NCBI GenBank assembly: GCA_037447605.1
Contig: CM074808.1
Coordinates: 3,658,001-3,722,000, forward strand
From: Zygnema circumcarinatum SAG 698-1b
Lineage: Eukaryota > Plantae > Zygnematophyceae
DNA length: 64,000 nt
Reading direction: 5' to 3'
Shown here: positions 48,281-59,900 of the stretch, in pieces
Numbering within the stretch: position 1 is the first letter of the stretch
How the letters are laid out: each line of letters opens with the position of its first letter
Program-made: the position numbers and the translations under genes
Notes under the pieces: model-generated
What the model saw: the letters and a program-made list of their open reading frames with translations, nothing else
What the model was told of the DNA's origin: nothing
Database searches by the model: none

Positions 48281-50107
48281 ATGCGGGACCCCAAGTTTGC
48301 CGCCTCCCCGGGTCGCTTTGCCGCGTCTCCCGGCCGCATTTTCGCCCCCTCTCCTGGGAGAGCCTCCCGTCGACCCCCCCCGGAATCCGGCTTCATCTCC
48401 CCCCCTGGAATAGAAGTCGCGAAGCTTCTAGAAGGCCATCCCCACATTCAGCAAGTGAGCCGAGAATGGCGCCACGCCTCCCGCGCCGCCGCCGCTGCCG
48501 GCCCCGACCAAATGGAACCGCTCGCAGAAACCCTGGCCGACGAGCTCGCTAAGAGAGGAAGGTTTGAGGAGAATGAGGCCGCCCACATTCTCCTTCAGGT
48601 GGCGCAAGCTCTCGCATTCTGCCATCTCAAGGGAGTGCTCCATCGCTCCGTCTCTTTGGAGCATTGCTTCCTCGCCGAAGACCCAGATCTCATCTTAAAA
48701 AAGTCGAAATTCGGGAAAGAGAAGAAGAAGGGCCGGCGCCGATTCGCCCCTTTGTCTCCCGCCACGACTCCGACGGGGGTCTCACGGCGTGACGTGACAG
48801 GCGCTGAACCCTTCGAGGATGTGGGAAACGGGGGGTTTTCGCCCGCTGGCGGAGGGGGGGGGTTCAGGAGGCGGCACGATAGAAAGAGTACTCGGCAGGG
48901 CCATTCCGCCTCAGCGCCGGCCTCGCCAGGACGCGAATTCTGGTTTTCACCGTCGCCCGCCCGGCGTGTCAACGGGACAGAGACCGTCTACATGGCGGAA
49001 AACGGAACTGGGAACGGAGCAGGGTTCGGGACATGGTTCGGGGGTTCGCATGGGACGGACAACGGAACGGAGAACGGAACTGAAACGCCAGCGTCGGTGC
49101 CGAACTCGCCGTCACGTGAAGGTTGGCGGAAACCGCGACGGACGAAACTGCATGGAACGAAATCGTTACGGTTATTGCCGTCCGAAACTGAGGGGTTCCA
49201 TGAGGGAATTGCGGAAATCTCAATTTCCATTCCGAAATCTCCCTCTGGTTTCATTTCCAGTATTTTCTCGCCGTCTCCGCCAAACCCTAACTGGCACATG
49301 GAAACGGCTGCAAGGCCGCCGGCTCAGGCTCAGAGCAAGAAGGCGCTCATAGTGAAGCTGGGGGGCTTCGATTCCTCTCTAATTTTAGGGTTAGCGGATC
49401 CGCAGGTCACGGAGCTTCCTCCCAGAGGGAGCAGGTTCCCTTTTCTCGCTTGGGAGATAGTCTCTGGGAAGCCCTATGGGCAGAAATCAGATGTGTGGAG
49501 CTTGGGGGTGGTGCTTCACCTTCTGCTGAGCGGGAAGCCGCCATTCCATAGCGGTGTGAATCTTCGACATGGGTCGGCTTCACTGCATCTCCGGTTTGGG
49601 GAGGGAAGGTGGCCGTGGGTCTCGCCGGCAGCGAAAAATCTGCTCAGAAGAATGCTTGATCCGGCTCCTTCTAAGAGACCCACTGTGTTGGAGGTGCTGA
49701 ATGATCCATGGCTTGTAGCAGCGACTGCGCCTCCTGCAAGCGAGGCCGGAGAGGTGGGGCAGGAGGTGAGCAGCAAGGAGAAGGAGGCGGAGAAGGAGAA
49801 GGAAGAAGGCGGAGGGGTGCCCCTCTCTCTCCCAGTGGAGAATGATCAGGATACGTTTAGTGTGGTAGTGGAGGAGGAGGAGAAGGTGCCTATCATCTCG
49901 CCCAGAAGAGAAGAGCCGAGCGCCTGCTTGAAGGAGGGAGTGAAGGAGGAACCTCCGGCCCCTCCTCCAGCCGTGGACTGCACTCCTCCGGCAGACCCTG
50001 CAAGTGGGGATGATAAGGAGAATTCTCCAAAGAAGAAGAAACATCGATCGCGGTTTTTTGGGTATTTATTTCAGGGCTGTCTGCTACAGAAGAGCAGAGC
50101 AGAGTAG
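48281..50107 (+). CDS. CAMK/CDPK-like protein kinase fold, probable pseudokinase, single exon
   Basis: EVAKLLEGHPHI, EAAHILLQVAQALAFCHLKGVLHRSVSLEH, IVKLGGFD, LAWEIVSGKPYGQKSDVWSLGVVLHLLLSGKPPF, VSPAAKNLLRRMLDPAPSKRPTVLEVLNDPWL. No Gly-loop or VAIK motif visible. Confidence 0.85.
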   Translation: MRDPKFAASPGRFAASPGRIFAPSPGRASRRPPPESGFISPPGIEVAKLLEGHPHIQQVSREWRHASRAAAAAGPDQMEPLAETLADELAKRGRFEENEAAHILLQVAQALAFCHLKGVLHRSVSLEHCFLAEDPDLILKKSKFGKEKKKGRRRFAPLSPATTPTGVSRRDVTGAEPFEDVGNGGFSPAGGGGGFRRRHDRKSTRQGHSASAPASPGREFWFSPSPARRVNGTETVYMAENGTGNGAGFGTWFGGSHGTDNGTENGTETPASVPNSPSREGWRKPRRTKLHGTKSLRLLPSETEGFHEGIAEISISIPKSPSGFISSIFSPSPPNPNWHMETAARPPAQAQSKKALIVKLGGFDSSLILGLADPQVTELPPRGSRFPFLAWEIVSGKPYGQKSDVWSLGVVLHLLLSGKPPFHSGVNLRHGSASLHLRFGEGRWPWVSPAAKNLLRRMLDPAPSKRPTVLEVLNDPWLVAATAPPASEAGEVGQEVSSKEKEAEKEKEEGGGVPLSLPVENDQDTFSVVVEEEEKVPIISPRREEPSACLKEGVKEEPPAPPPAVDCTPPADPASGDDKENSPKKKKHRSRFFGYLFQGCLLQKSRAE

Positions 50108-51244
50108 TCGGACGTTTGCTTGCAGGGAACGCAGTCAAAAAGTTTAACGGTATGGGAGGGTATAGCATGGAATAAGAATGTACGGAATGGGGTACTGGCA
50201 GAACAGGGAAACGGATGGAACACACAGGGAGTGGGAGCGGATTGGGAAGCGAATGGAATGAGAGACGTTGATTTCAGATTTTTTCTTGAACATAGATTTG
50301 GAGAGGACGATTTAAGGGACTAGTGGGTTCCTCTCATGCTTAGTTAAATTAAGAAGTGACCCATTTCTTGTGTTTTCAGTTGTACAGACGAGCTGAAAAC
50401 TCGCGGATTCTGCGGTCTATGTGGAGGCAGATTTGCCTTTTTATAAGAGAGAGTGATTGCAGCATTCTCCGATGGAGGTTTCTGCAATCTCTTTAGTGCA
50501 GTCAAGCAAGTTCAGGATGGTGAGGGAGAGAGGAGTGAGTGAGAAGGAAGCGAAGTGGAAGGGAGAGGGAAATTGTGGGGAAAGAGGAGAGAGGTAGGAG
50601 AGGGAGATGGAGACTAAAGCTTTACTGCCCTTGAGACTTAGGATAGAAACGATAGGAAAAACAGGGCTGCCCCTCTGAATGAAGGCTTACATTCAATCTT
50701 AAAAGAGCCCAATTTTAAAACCTAATTCACCAGAAGCTTCAGAAAACTTCTGTCTAGAAAACCAATGGAACTTCCTGTACATGTGTCGTTACACGATTTA
50801 GTGTAAAAATGTCTTTTGGCGTCATCACTGGTTTTGGTTTTTTGTACCGCATTCTATGCGTTGGCTGATTTGCGGCATGCGGTTTTAGGGTTTACAGTTC
50901 AGGAGGTTCACGAACTAGGACGTACGAGAATTTTGCCGCTTTACGATGTGATGATGGTGTCATCCTGTAGGATAGAACTTGCACTTGAGGACAGTACAAG
51001 CTCACAGTAGGTCCCAACAGAGAAAGTTTGCATCAGCAGCAATATTATTTCAGTAAGTGGGGAAGCCCTTAGGATAGAGAATATTTCTGCTGTCCTTCGG
51101 GCATATTCTTACCTCCCCTAAGCCATTCTTAAATGTCGGGAGAGCGCTCAAATGAACAAGAAATGGATACTTATTTGCTCAATACCAAACTGCTTGCAGT
51201 CCATTGTGTTTTTTACCTGACTATTATTGAAGATGAAGAAGTTG

Positions 51245-51348
51245 AATTGATCTCACGATGGCGATGCGATCACAGGTACATGGACAAAGCCAACATGGGG
51301 AGCCACGACGAATGGCTCGCAAAAGACCTAGTGACAAACAGATTATAA
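51245..51348 (-). repeat. Copy 4 (more diverged) of the 100-bp dispersed repeat
   Basis: CACGATGGCGATGCGATCA...GTACATGGACAAAG...CCACGA...GCAAAAGACCTAG. Confidence 0.6.
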
Positions 51349-51728
51349 ACTATGAGCTGAATCTGAACTACCCAGACCAAACAGGTTGAACAGGTGAACA
51401 TTTCTTGTACTGAATAGTTCAATGTCCAACTAGATTCGAATAAGGTTCGCATTTAATAAGGACCGGTCTCTCAAAAAACAAAAAATATACATATATATAT
51501 ATATATAAGAGAAACAAAAAGCAGAAACGGTTTTTTATTTGCCACAGCCAAAATCTTTTTCTTTTTTGCTTTTTTAACCTGTTTGGTTTTTATTATTGGT
51601 CAAGTCTTCCTAAAAAGGCAATCAAAGTCGACTGCTGAGTAGAAGGCAAGCTACCTCGCCTCAAGAGATTTATTTAAAAATAAATAAATAAAGAGCCCAG
51701 TTTTCAAAGCCTCTCTACTTTCGGCTTA

Positions 51729-53917
51729 TTAGCATCCATTGCTATAACCAGCTGATTTTTTAGGCAAACAATACAAAGCACCAACTTGCAGCTTGTCTTT
51801 GCAAGTTTGTCCGTTTACGCTACTGAAGACGGTTTGTGACGAGTGATAATGCGCGCTGAGCACAGCGGTGCAATAATCTCCCAATTTCACCTTATAACAC
51901 TGGCCGGAGGAACATGATGAGCACAAACAGCAGCTGGTTACAACTGCGTTACAGCTCGTCGCGACTAATGCGGGCATGATTACCAGACTCCTCCCCTCAG
52001 CTACCTCCGTTTTGGGAGGGACAATTGGCTGGTAAGGGTAAGTGCACACCTGGCAAGGAGATATGGGAGGATCAGGACATACGCATTTTGTTTTGCACGA
52101 GGGGAGGGGGAGAGGGGAAAGAGAAGAGGGAGGAGGAAGGAGAGGAAGTGGGGGGGGGGGGGGGACGATGGGAAGAGGGGAGGGAGAGGGGGGTGTGATC
52201 ATGTGGAGGGGAGAGAAAGGAGGGAGGTTGGTGGGAGAGGGCATTATGAAGGGGAGAGAAAGGGAGATGGAGAGACGCCTACATGAAAGACGGAGGAAGG
52301 AGGGAAGTGGAAAAGGAGGGGAGGGAGATGTTGAGGAACCGTACGAGAGGACGATAGAGAGAAAGAGAGACGGGCGGAGGAGAATTGAAGCGAGGGAAAA
52401 TGATGGACGAATAGAGTGGGGAGAAAACGAATTGCCAAAGGTGTGACGTAATGGAAAGGGAAATCAGATAGTGGGACACGGCGAGAGAGCGAGGTAAAAA
52501 CTGAGAGATAAAGGGAACGAGGGGGGAATGAAGAGAAGGGGAGAGGCAAAGTGGAGTGGAAAGTGAAGAGAGGAGAGAGAAGAGGTGAGCAGGCTCACCT
52601 CCTGCCCGGGCTGCAGTAGGTCACATTGTAGGCCAGGATTGAGTGTATAGTAGAGGAGGGGGAAATTGCTCGTTTTCCGAATAATGGAAGGACATGTGTC
52701 CCCAACTTCAGCCGCAACAAAGCTCCCGCAGGGATAGCCCAGCGCTGTGACGTAGCCAAACTGGACACATATCTGCAAAATGAAGGGGTCCCACAAACAT
52801 GAGGCTGGGTGGGAAGAGAGTGAGGGAGGGTGGGAGATTGGTAGGAGTGGGAAGATTTGTATTCAGGGGGTTGCTTACTTGACTGGTTTATACAGGTTTC
52901 CTGTCAAAAAGAGAGAATGAGGTAAACTCACTGTGGTTCGCGCTGTGCAGTTGTAATCCATATCGCTGTTTAACATCCTTAAATCAATCTCAGAAATTCC
53001 AAAGTTGGATGCTATGGATGTGCAGTTATCCGCCTGCATAAGCCAAAGCGCTAAGTTGAACGATCAAGCATGGAAATGTGCTAGAAAAGACGCGAATGTG
53101 CTATGTTTTACAGAAACCAAACTTTAGCTTCAAAACATGCCTTCGCAAGACCCTACTTCGCCCACAAGCCTTATAATCAATGTTCATACAATTACATTCA
53201 ACAACTTCTTCAAAATCACATTGAAAACAAAGCAACTCAAAAGGGCAGCTACAAGTGGATGATTGGCTTGCACGCTGCCAAGAATTCAGAAAAAAAAATT
53301 TAAAAAGAGGAATTAATGGGTCAACAACTGACCTCATCCGTTGTCTGAATCTGATAGAGAAGTGCGCATTGATCAGTGGTTTCGGAAACCGGACCAATGT
53401 TGACAACTGTTCCAGCGGTTATGTTGTTTGTACAGTCCAATCCCTGTTTGGAAATGTAAGGGAAACTTGTTATCATTCCAATTCATATCATATTCGTATT
53501 GGTTCGTTCCTATTTATAATTGCTGTTCAAATTACTGCATTGTTACAGTCACAATGTGGTATGCACTTTCAGCAGGCCTTAACCAGAGTATGTAGTCCTT
53601 AATAAACTGCACCGTAAAAATTGATAAATTGGAGAAGCTCCTGAGGCAGGCTAAGAAAATCTGCTCTAGTTGCCCTTTCCATGCATAGCAGCTTTCTACC
53701 TTACCTTTTGCTTTAAAGTTTATCCTTTCTCAGCTTCCCGTTCACAATATGCCAATGTATGAAGCAAAGTAATCAGAATTCAAGAATTTAAGCTGAGGCA
53801 TTACCGGATTAATGATCAAGAATGTGTACGGACTAAGCGCGCCTCGGAGAGTATCACACGTGTCCCCTTCTTCGGCAGTTAAAGAGTTGTTTGGGGACAG
53901 AGCATTGGTGTAAATAT
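51729..53917 (-). other. Four LysM domains (fungal/algal Cys-flanked type) within the mosaic gene
   Basis: [10 protein letters not shown]...FLIINP|GLDC; YQIQTTDE|[22 protein letters not shown]; [12 protein letters not shown]...[16 protein letters not shown]|VC; [12 protein letters not shown]...[17 protein letters not shown]. Confidence 0.8.
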
Positions 53918-56900
53918 CTGCTCATACAAACACACAAAAGCAATATAAATATCTCTCCGATCAAACACCAAGTCTGAGGGTTTGAGGTAAAAAGCGAGTC
54001 ACGAACAACCAAGACGACTTTTTTGAAATTCTCTTTTTGCATGGAGGTTATCTGTTTTCTATATTGAAATCCTTACCGGGTGCTGAACAGGTGATTGATG
54101 AATCCGCAAGTAGAGTCGGAGTAAAGCCTGCTTCCTCGGGGCAAGTACAAATGTACCCTCCGATTCCATCATTTTCACAAGTTCCGATCCCGCACGGATT
54201 TACGTATTGAGAATTGCAGACATCCACTGTGTAATCACACAAAAAAGTGAAACAGAAGAGCAAGCAAGTTCAGAAGGAGTTCAACTCGATGTACTACCCA
54301 ACCAAAGGGAACGGCGACCCCAAATTCATCAACTACAAAACACAATATTAATATTAAAAATAACACACGTCAAAACATAACAGCAAGATAATACAACTTA
54401 ATCACACAGTAATTATCATTACAGGCAGAATAAGGTAAGATAGAATGCAGGAGGAGCGTACCCAGAACGCAAGCAGGTCTCCCATCTGTATTTTGCAGAG
54501 TTACATATCCTTCAGGGCAATCACATGTGTATCCGACACCTGAACTTTGTTCTGAAGTGTCGTTTAGGACCCTGCATCTTCCTCCTCCACATGTGAGAAA
54601 TGGGATTCCAGTAGCAGTACAGCTATCTGGGAAAAAAGGGGGTGGAGGGCTGGGAGGAGGGGAAGGAGGAGGGGGAGGACTTGGGGGAGGAGGGGAAGGA
54701 GGTGGCGGAGAAGGTGGAGGAGGAGAAAAAAGAGGGGGGAAGGGAGGGGGAGGGGCAGTGGGAGGGAAAGGGGAAGAACTCCCTGGTGAAGGAGAAGGGG
54801 CGGGAGCAAACGGAGGGAAAGGGGAAGGAGGGCAAGGAGGTAGGTCGGAGAAAGGAGATGGAGTTGGAGAGTCAAGAGGGGGGAAGCTGGGGAAGGGAGC
54901 TGGTGCAGGTGCGGGAGAGGGCAATGGAGTAGGGAAGTAGAGAGGGGAGGGAGAGTAGCGAGGGATGGAGGGAGCGAGGGAGGAAGGAGAAGGCGAAGGT
55001 GCGGGAGAGATCGGAGAAGGAGGATCAGGAGGTGGGAGGGCTGCTGGTGATTGAAAGAGTGGAGCAGGAGAGGGTTCAGCGATGAAAGAGAGAATGTGGC
55101 GAAGTGGACCCTTGCGAAACGAGTTATATAATGGTAGAGGGTTTGCGAGTTGAGAGGGCTTTGCAGATTCCAAGATACGATTGGGTTCACGAGGGGAGGG
55201 AAGGGGAGATGGTGGCTCTGAATTGCGGGGCCCATAGCAGAAGATAGAACTGATGTAATGTGATCCTTTCAACCTCCTGTAGGTCACATTAAACAAATAA
55301 ATGAAAAGAATCAGGCGCCATTCTGGATAGACAAGTTGACATCACACTTCAAAAGCAAGGTTGATAAGATATCGATCAGACTCACAGTTGCAGTTCCGAT
55401 GTACTCCTTGTGTTGTCATAGTACAGGTAGTAGCTGCTTCTACATCCTCCTTCACTGTGAAGCTCAAACCCATAGCAAAGTTGATTCTTTTGTTGGAAAT
55501 CAAGAACGTTATTCTTGATTGTTATAAGCCCAAACCGACCAGCCTTCTCGCCGAGGTCCATACATGGCTTCTCGTAAGTTGGTGTTTCTATGGATGAATG
55601 TGAGTTTCCAAGAATGATGGTGGTAGGGTTTGGCGAAGGAGATGAGGATGAGAGGCCGAAAGCAGGCAAGTGGCATTGAGGTCGTACTTCATGTTGCGCT
55701 GCTTCAGCTATTTTCACAAATTCCAAAAAGCGGAGTGGAAAATTAGTAAAAACATAAAAGGAGACTACTCGACCACTAGTCAAAGGATCTTTACGTGCAT
55801 GGTGAGAGACGTGGGGAGGGCGGGGGACCGAGAGAGTCAGAAATAGAGAGGAGAGCGAGAGGAAAGCATTGAGAGGGAGAGGAAGGGAGAGGCATAGAGC
55901 CGTAGAGTGAGAGGGCGAGGGAAAGTTGGAGTAAGAGAGAAAGGGAAAGAGTTAATGGTTATGTGCATGGCAAAGGTGACGCTGAGCTTACTGCACATAA
56001 TGTAGGCATCCACATTCTGTATCGTTTCAAAAGTAGTCAATGTTGACAGAAATATACACTCCGAGGATGAGATTACGTAGTTGAATCCAACACAGTGTTC
56101 CTTCTGAAAGCACAAACTTGTACAGTCTTCCGGTGTGCCCCTAATTGAGTCTCCCCTATCGGATCCAAGCCACATTGTTGATGCTTGATATGTGAGGCCA
56201 AGACATGGTCCTCCGCACAAATTGCTTGCTGCCCCCACACATTCAATGTAAAATAAAGAAAAAAGTGTCAAAGCTCGAAGAAAAAACTTCCGTTCGTGAA
56301 CAAACTTGCGGTCTTCTGCACTCTCTCTCTCTCTGCCAAACACAAAAGATAACTTCGTTGCTGCAGTGGTGTTGTGTTGCTAAGCCTTACTTACCACACT
56401 TAATGTAGGAATTAAGCTCCTCTACCTCGACACTCGAGACAGGATTACGATAGCTGTTGATCAAATAACATTCGTCCCCACTTGCTGATGTCATGAAGCC
56501 TGCACAGTGTTCGGTAATGTCGCATATAGCAGAACAGTTGGAAGGAACCGACATTTGTAGGCGCGATGAGGGGTAAGTATACTTTGCTAGTAGACTGTGG
56601 GTGTACACAGTTAACGGTTGAAACGTGTACCCCCAACAAAGGCCGCCGCAGGAAGAATGATAGCCTGAACACATACCCGCACCACTACTCAAATTCCTTA
56701 GGCCATCATTATTGAAAAATTCTTTATACAGTACACGTGTCAAAGATGTTACAGGAACATTTTAAGCTAGGGTTCGCAAACAAATGCTAAAGATATGTCA
56801 TTTCATAGAGGCTCTGCTCATCATTTGAAGAAGTTTCGGAAAGGAAAGGGAACAGCTGCTGCTGCTTACTTGGAGGAAGGGTTTTGCCAGTCGCGAAGGG

Positions 56901-59900
56901 GTCGCCATACCCTCCAATAATACCTGTACATTGTAGAACTTGGATGAGACCAGCATCAAAATTCGTCCTTAAGAAGATTTGAACGACTTGGTAAGCACTT
57001 CACATATGGTAAGCATGAATATGCGAGTATCCGGATCTATCGCTTTACCTCCATTACTATCATGCGCAGACTCCCTGATCGACAAGGTTTGTTGGGCTCG
57101 ACGTCTCACAGGGAACGCGGTCGTGTCGGCTGCACATTACAGCAATTAAAGCATTAAAGCATTAAAGCATGAAAATCTTTACCAATGTATGGAGTCTCAG
57201 GTTCCCACATTGCAGACGAAGAAGAACTAAAACGAATAATAAATGGATAGAGGGTACTTCGGTGACGGTATAACTTACGGAAGGCATTGACGACAGGATA
57301 GAGAGGGGATACAATGAGCATGTTGCACACGCCGGGACCCATCGCCATGTCCCTTTGAATCTTTATGTACCCGTCCGTGCCCCAAGCAGAGCCCCATGAG
57401 TTTCGTGCGAGCCAGTACGGACTTGGATCGTCGCCATAGCCGACAATCAGGAGATTGTGATCGACTGTGTCGAGATTGCAAGTTGAGCCGTAGGTGCCAT
57501 TGTAAATTTCGTCCTGTACAAACGATTAAGTTGAATGAGCACAAAGGCACTGTAGGATAAATAGAACTGCTTTGAACAGCCTAATGGATGTATGACAGGG
57601 AGATGCAGGAGGTGATTTTTCTATTCATTCGCTTTGCTCATTTTATGAACTCTGTCAATTTAAGGATAGCGCTCACTAATGAAGGCCCAAAGTCTCAATT
57701 CATGGAAAACTTACAGTATCTGTTATCCAATTCAGGAGACCCCCTCTTGTGGAAATTCCGATAATCACCGGCTGGTTTGCAACAGCTCGCATCAATGCCT
57801 TTGGATCCAATGGAGGGACCTTCTCCCAACCGATCACGGTATCCATTGCGAGAGGGCTCGTCTGCAAGCACAAACAGCTTCCATTGATTTGAGTGAAGGA
57901 GATACACAAATTCTAACTATTTTCTTTGTTGAAGGCTGGTATTATAAAAATATGTCGAAAATAGCTGAAAGTGAAAGAGAGAGCAATTGCTGTAGTACTT
58001 ACGCTGCTGCCATTGCATGATCCTCCACTGTTGTACTCCGATTCAGTTTGAACAAAACCACCTCGAGCAACATACTCCAACGCATCTTCAGGAAGACCTC
58101 CCGTGCAGTTATCAAATGTTTTGATAGCTTCACCGACGCAGTCGATCAGCTCTTCCACCGACAGGCGCTCAGAATAAGTTGAGTTATTCAAAAAAAGGTT
58201 GATCATCTGTGCAGCTTGAACTGCATCAACCGCTGAGTAAGCCCAGCTAGCAGCTGCGTGGGAAGGAAAGCAAAGACATGCGATTAGGGTTGCAGACTTA
58301 GGGTTTCTGTGGTTTTATGGCAGCAACAGTTAAAGACGAAAAGCAATTCCGCGCTTGTCTGAATTGCATGCAATTGCCTTTAATGATGATACAACCAACA
58401 CATTCTGTGATCAGAGGCTCACCACATTCCATCTGGTTGCGCACCGACTCGGCAAAAATATGCCTCCAATCGACTACTGCAGGGAGTGCTCCATCAGGAA
58501 TGCTCTCATAACGAGAAAACACGTTTTTCTTGATGAAGGCTATGTCTCTATAAATGGATGAAATGTTCAGGTTTAAGCCCGTGGTGAAGTTTCCACTTTT
58601 CCCGCCTAAAATGATCCTCTCGCTGGGAACGGAGGGTGCACCACATGTCACGTAGTCCGGTGTCACGTCACACTGCTGGACTTCGTCTCCAAAGATAAGC
58701 GGCTCCGGACACACGAAAATTTCCAGGACGGTTCCGTTTCCAGAGCAGCTGCAGTAGTGGCTGTAGCACAGAGGAAGGCGGAAAAATCATCTGTAAATCT
58801 CGGGCAGAATGACAACGAAATGGATAACAAGGGAATGAACATTTTCTCTTTTTTTTTTTTTGAAAAACAAAAAACAATATGACAAAGACAACTTGTTTTG
58901 ATGTAGATCTATTTCCGCTCGTTGTATTAAACAAATTTGGAGGGCAGTATTTGTAGGTCAGAGTTGACCCACCTGCAAAACGGAGGCTCGATTCGGCGAT
59001 CAGCAAAAAGGCCAGCGCTCTTATTGACACAGCATGTGTCCTCTATTCGCAACTGCATTCAAAGGGAAATCGAAGCATGAGTTTTGAGTTTCTCGGTGTG
59101 GTAAAACCGAAACATATCCTCAGAATTTGTAAGACTTGCACATCCAATGATTGCAATGAGAAAAGCAGGAAAGAAACAGGCAGGAAAGGAACATTCAACC
59201 TGCTTACTTTAGTTGAAGGTTCGAGATATGGTGGAGGAGGAGCTTGAAAGATCGGAGCTGGAGGCACTGGTGGATATGGAGGAGAAGGTGGAGGTGGATA
59301 TACAGGTCTGCATGGTGGAGGTGGGGGTAGAGCTGGAGTTGGGGAAGGACCTGGTGCTAGTGGAGGTGAAGTTGGGGGAGGTGGTGGAAGTGGTAGGTTT
59401 TCTGTAGGTGGCGGAAATCCTTCAGGCGATGAAGGTGGTGTGGGGACTAAAGGAGGTGATGGAGTGGGAGGTGAGGGAGGAGGAGAAGGGAACCTCCGCC
59501 TCTTTCCAACGCCGGGAGGATGCTTTCCAATTCCTGGAGGGTGCCTCCCTACGCCTGGCGGGTGTCTTCCAGAGGGGGGTATTCCGGGGACCCGCCTATT
59601 TCCTACTCCTGGAGGGTGATTTCCTACTCCCGGGGGATGTCTTCCGACCCCGGGAGGATGCCTCCCCTTAGGAACGGGTTGTCCAGAGGTTATATGACCG
59701 CCAACACCAGGTGGGTGCTTTCCAACACCGGGAGGATGCTTCCCATTCGTCTGTGGTAGTGAGGAGGGTGAGGAAGGGAGTGGGGGAGTGGTAGTAAGGG
59801 CCTGCAGAGACTGCAATGGAGGTTTCAGGAGGAACATGAATAGGGTTAGGTGTTGCCAATAGTGAAACGAAGTCAACAAACCATGTTCAGATGGAGGCAA

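Noticed and set aside
47029-48447. 472-aa Pro/Leu/Ser-rich ORF and overlapping ORFs
   Set aside because: Product of the GA-rich low-complexity tract; no recognisable domain or splice support.
57279-58480. Naming the papain domain a silicatein ortholog
   Set aside because: Only the Cys-to-Ser swap is shared; the Ser cluster before the catalytic His typical of silicateins is absent, so convergence is more likely.
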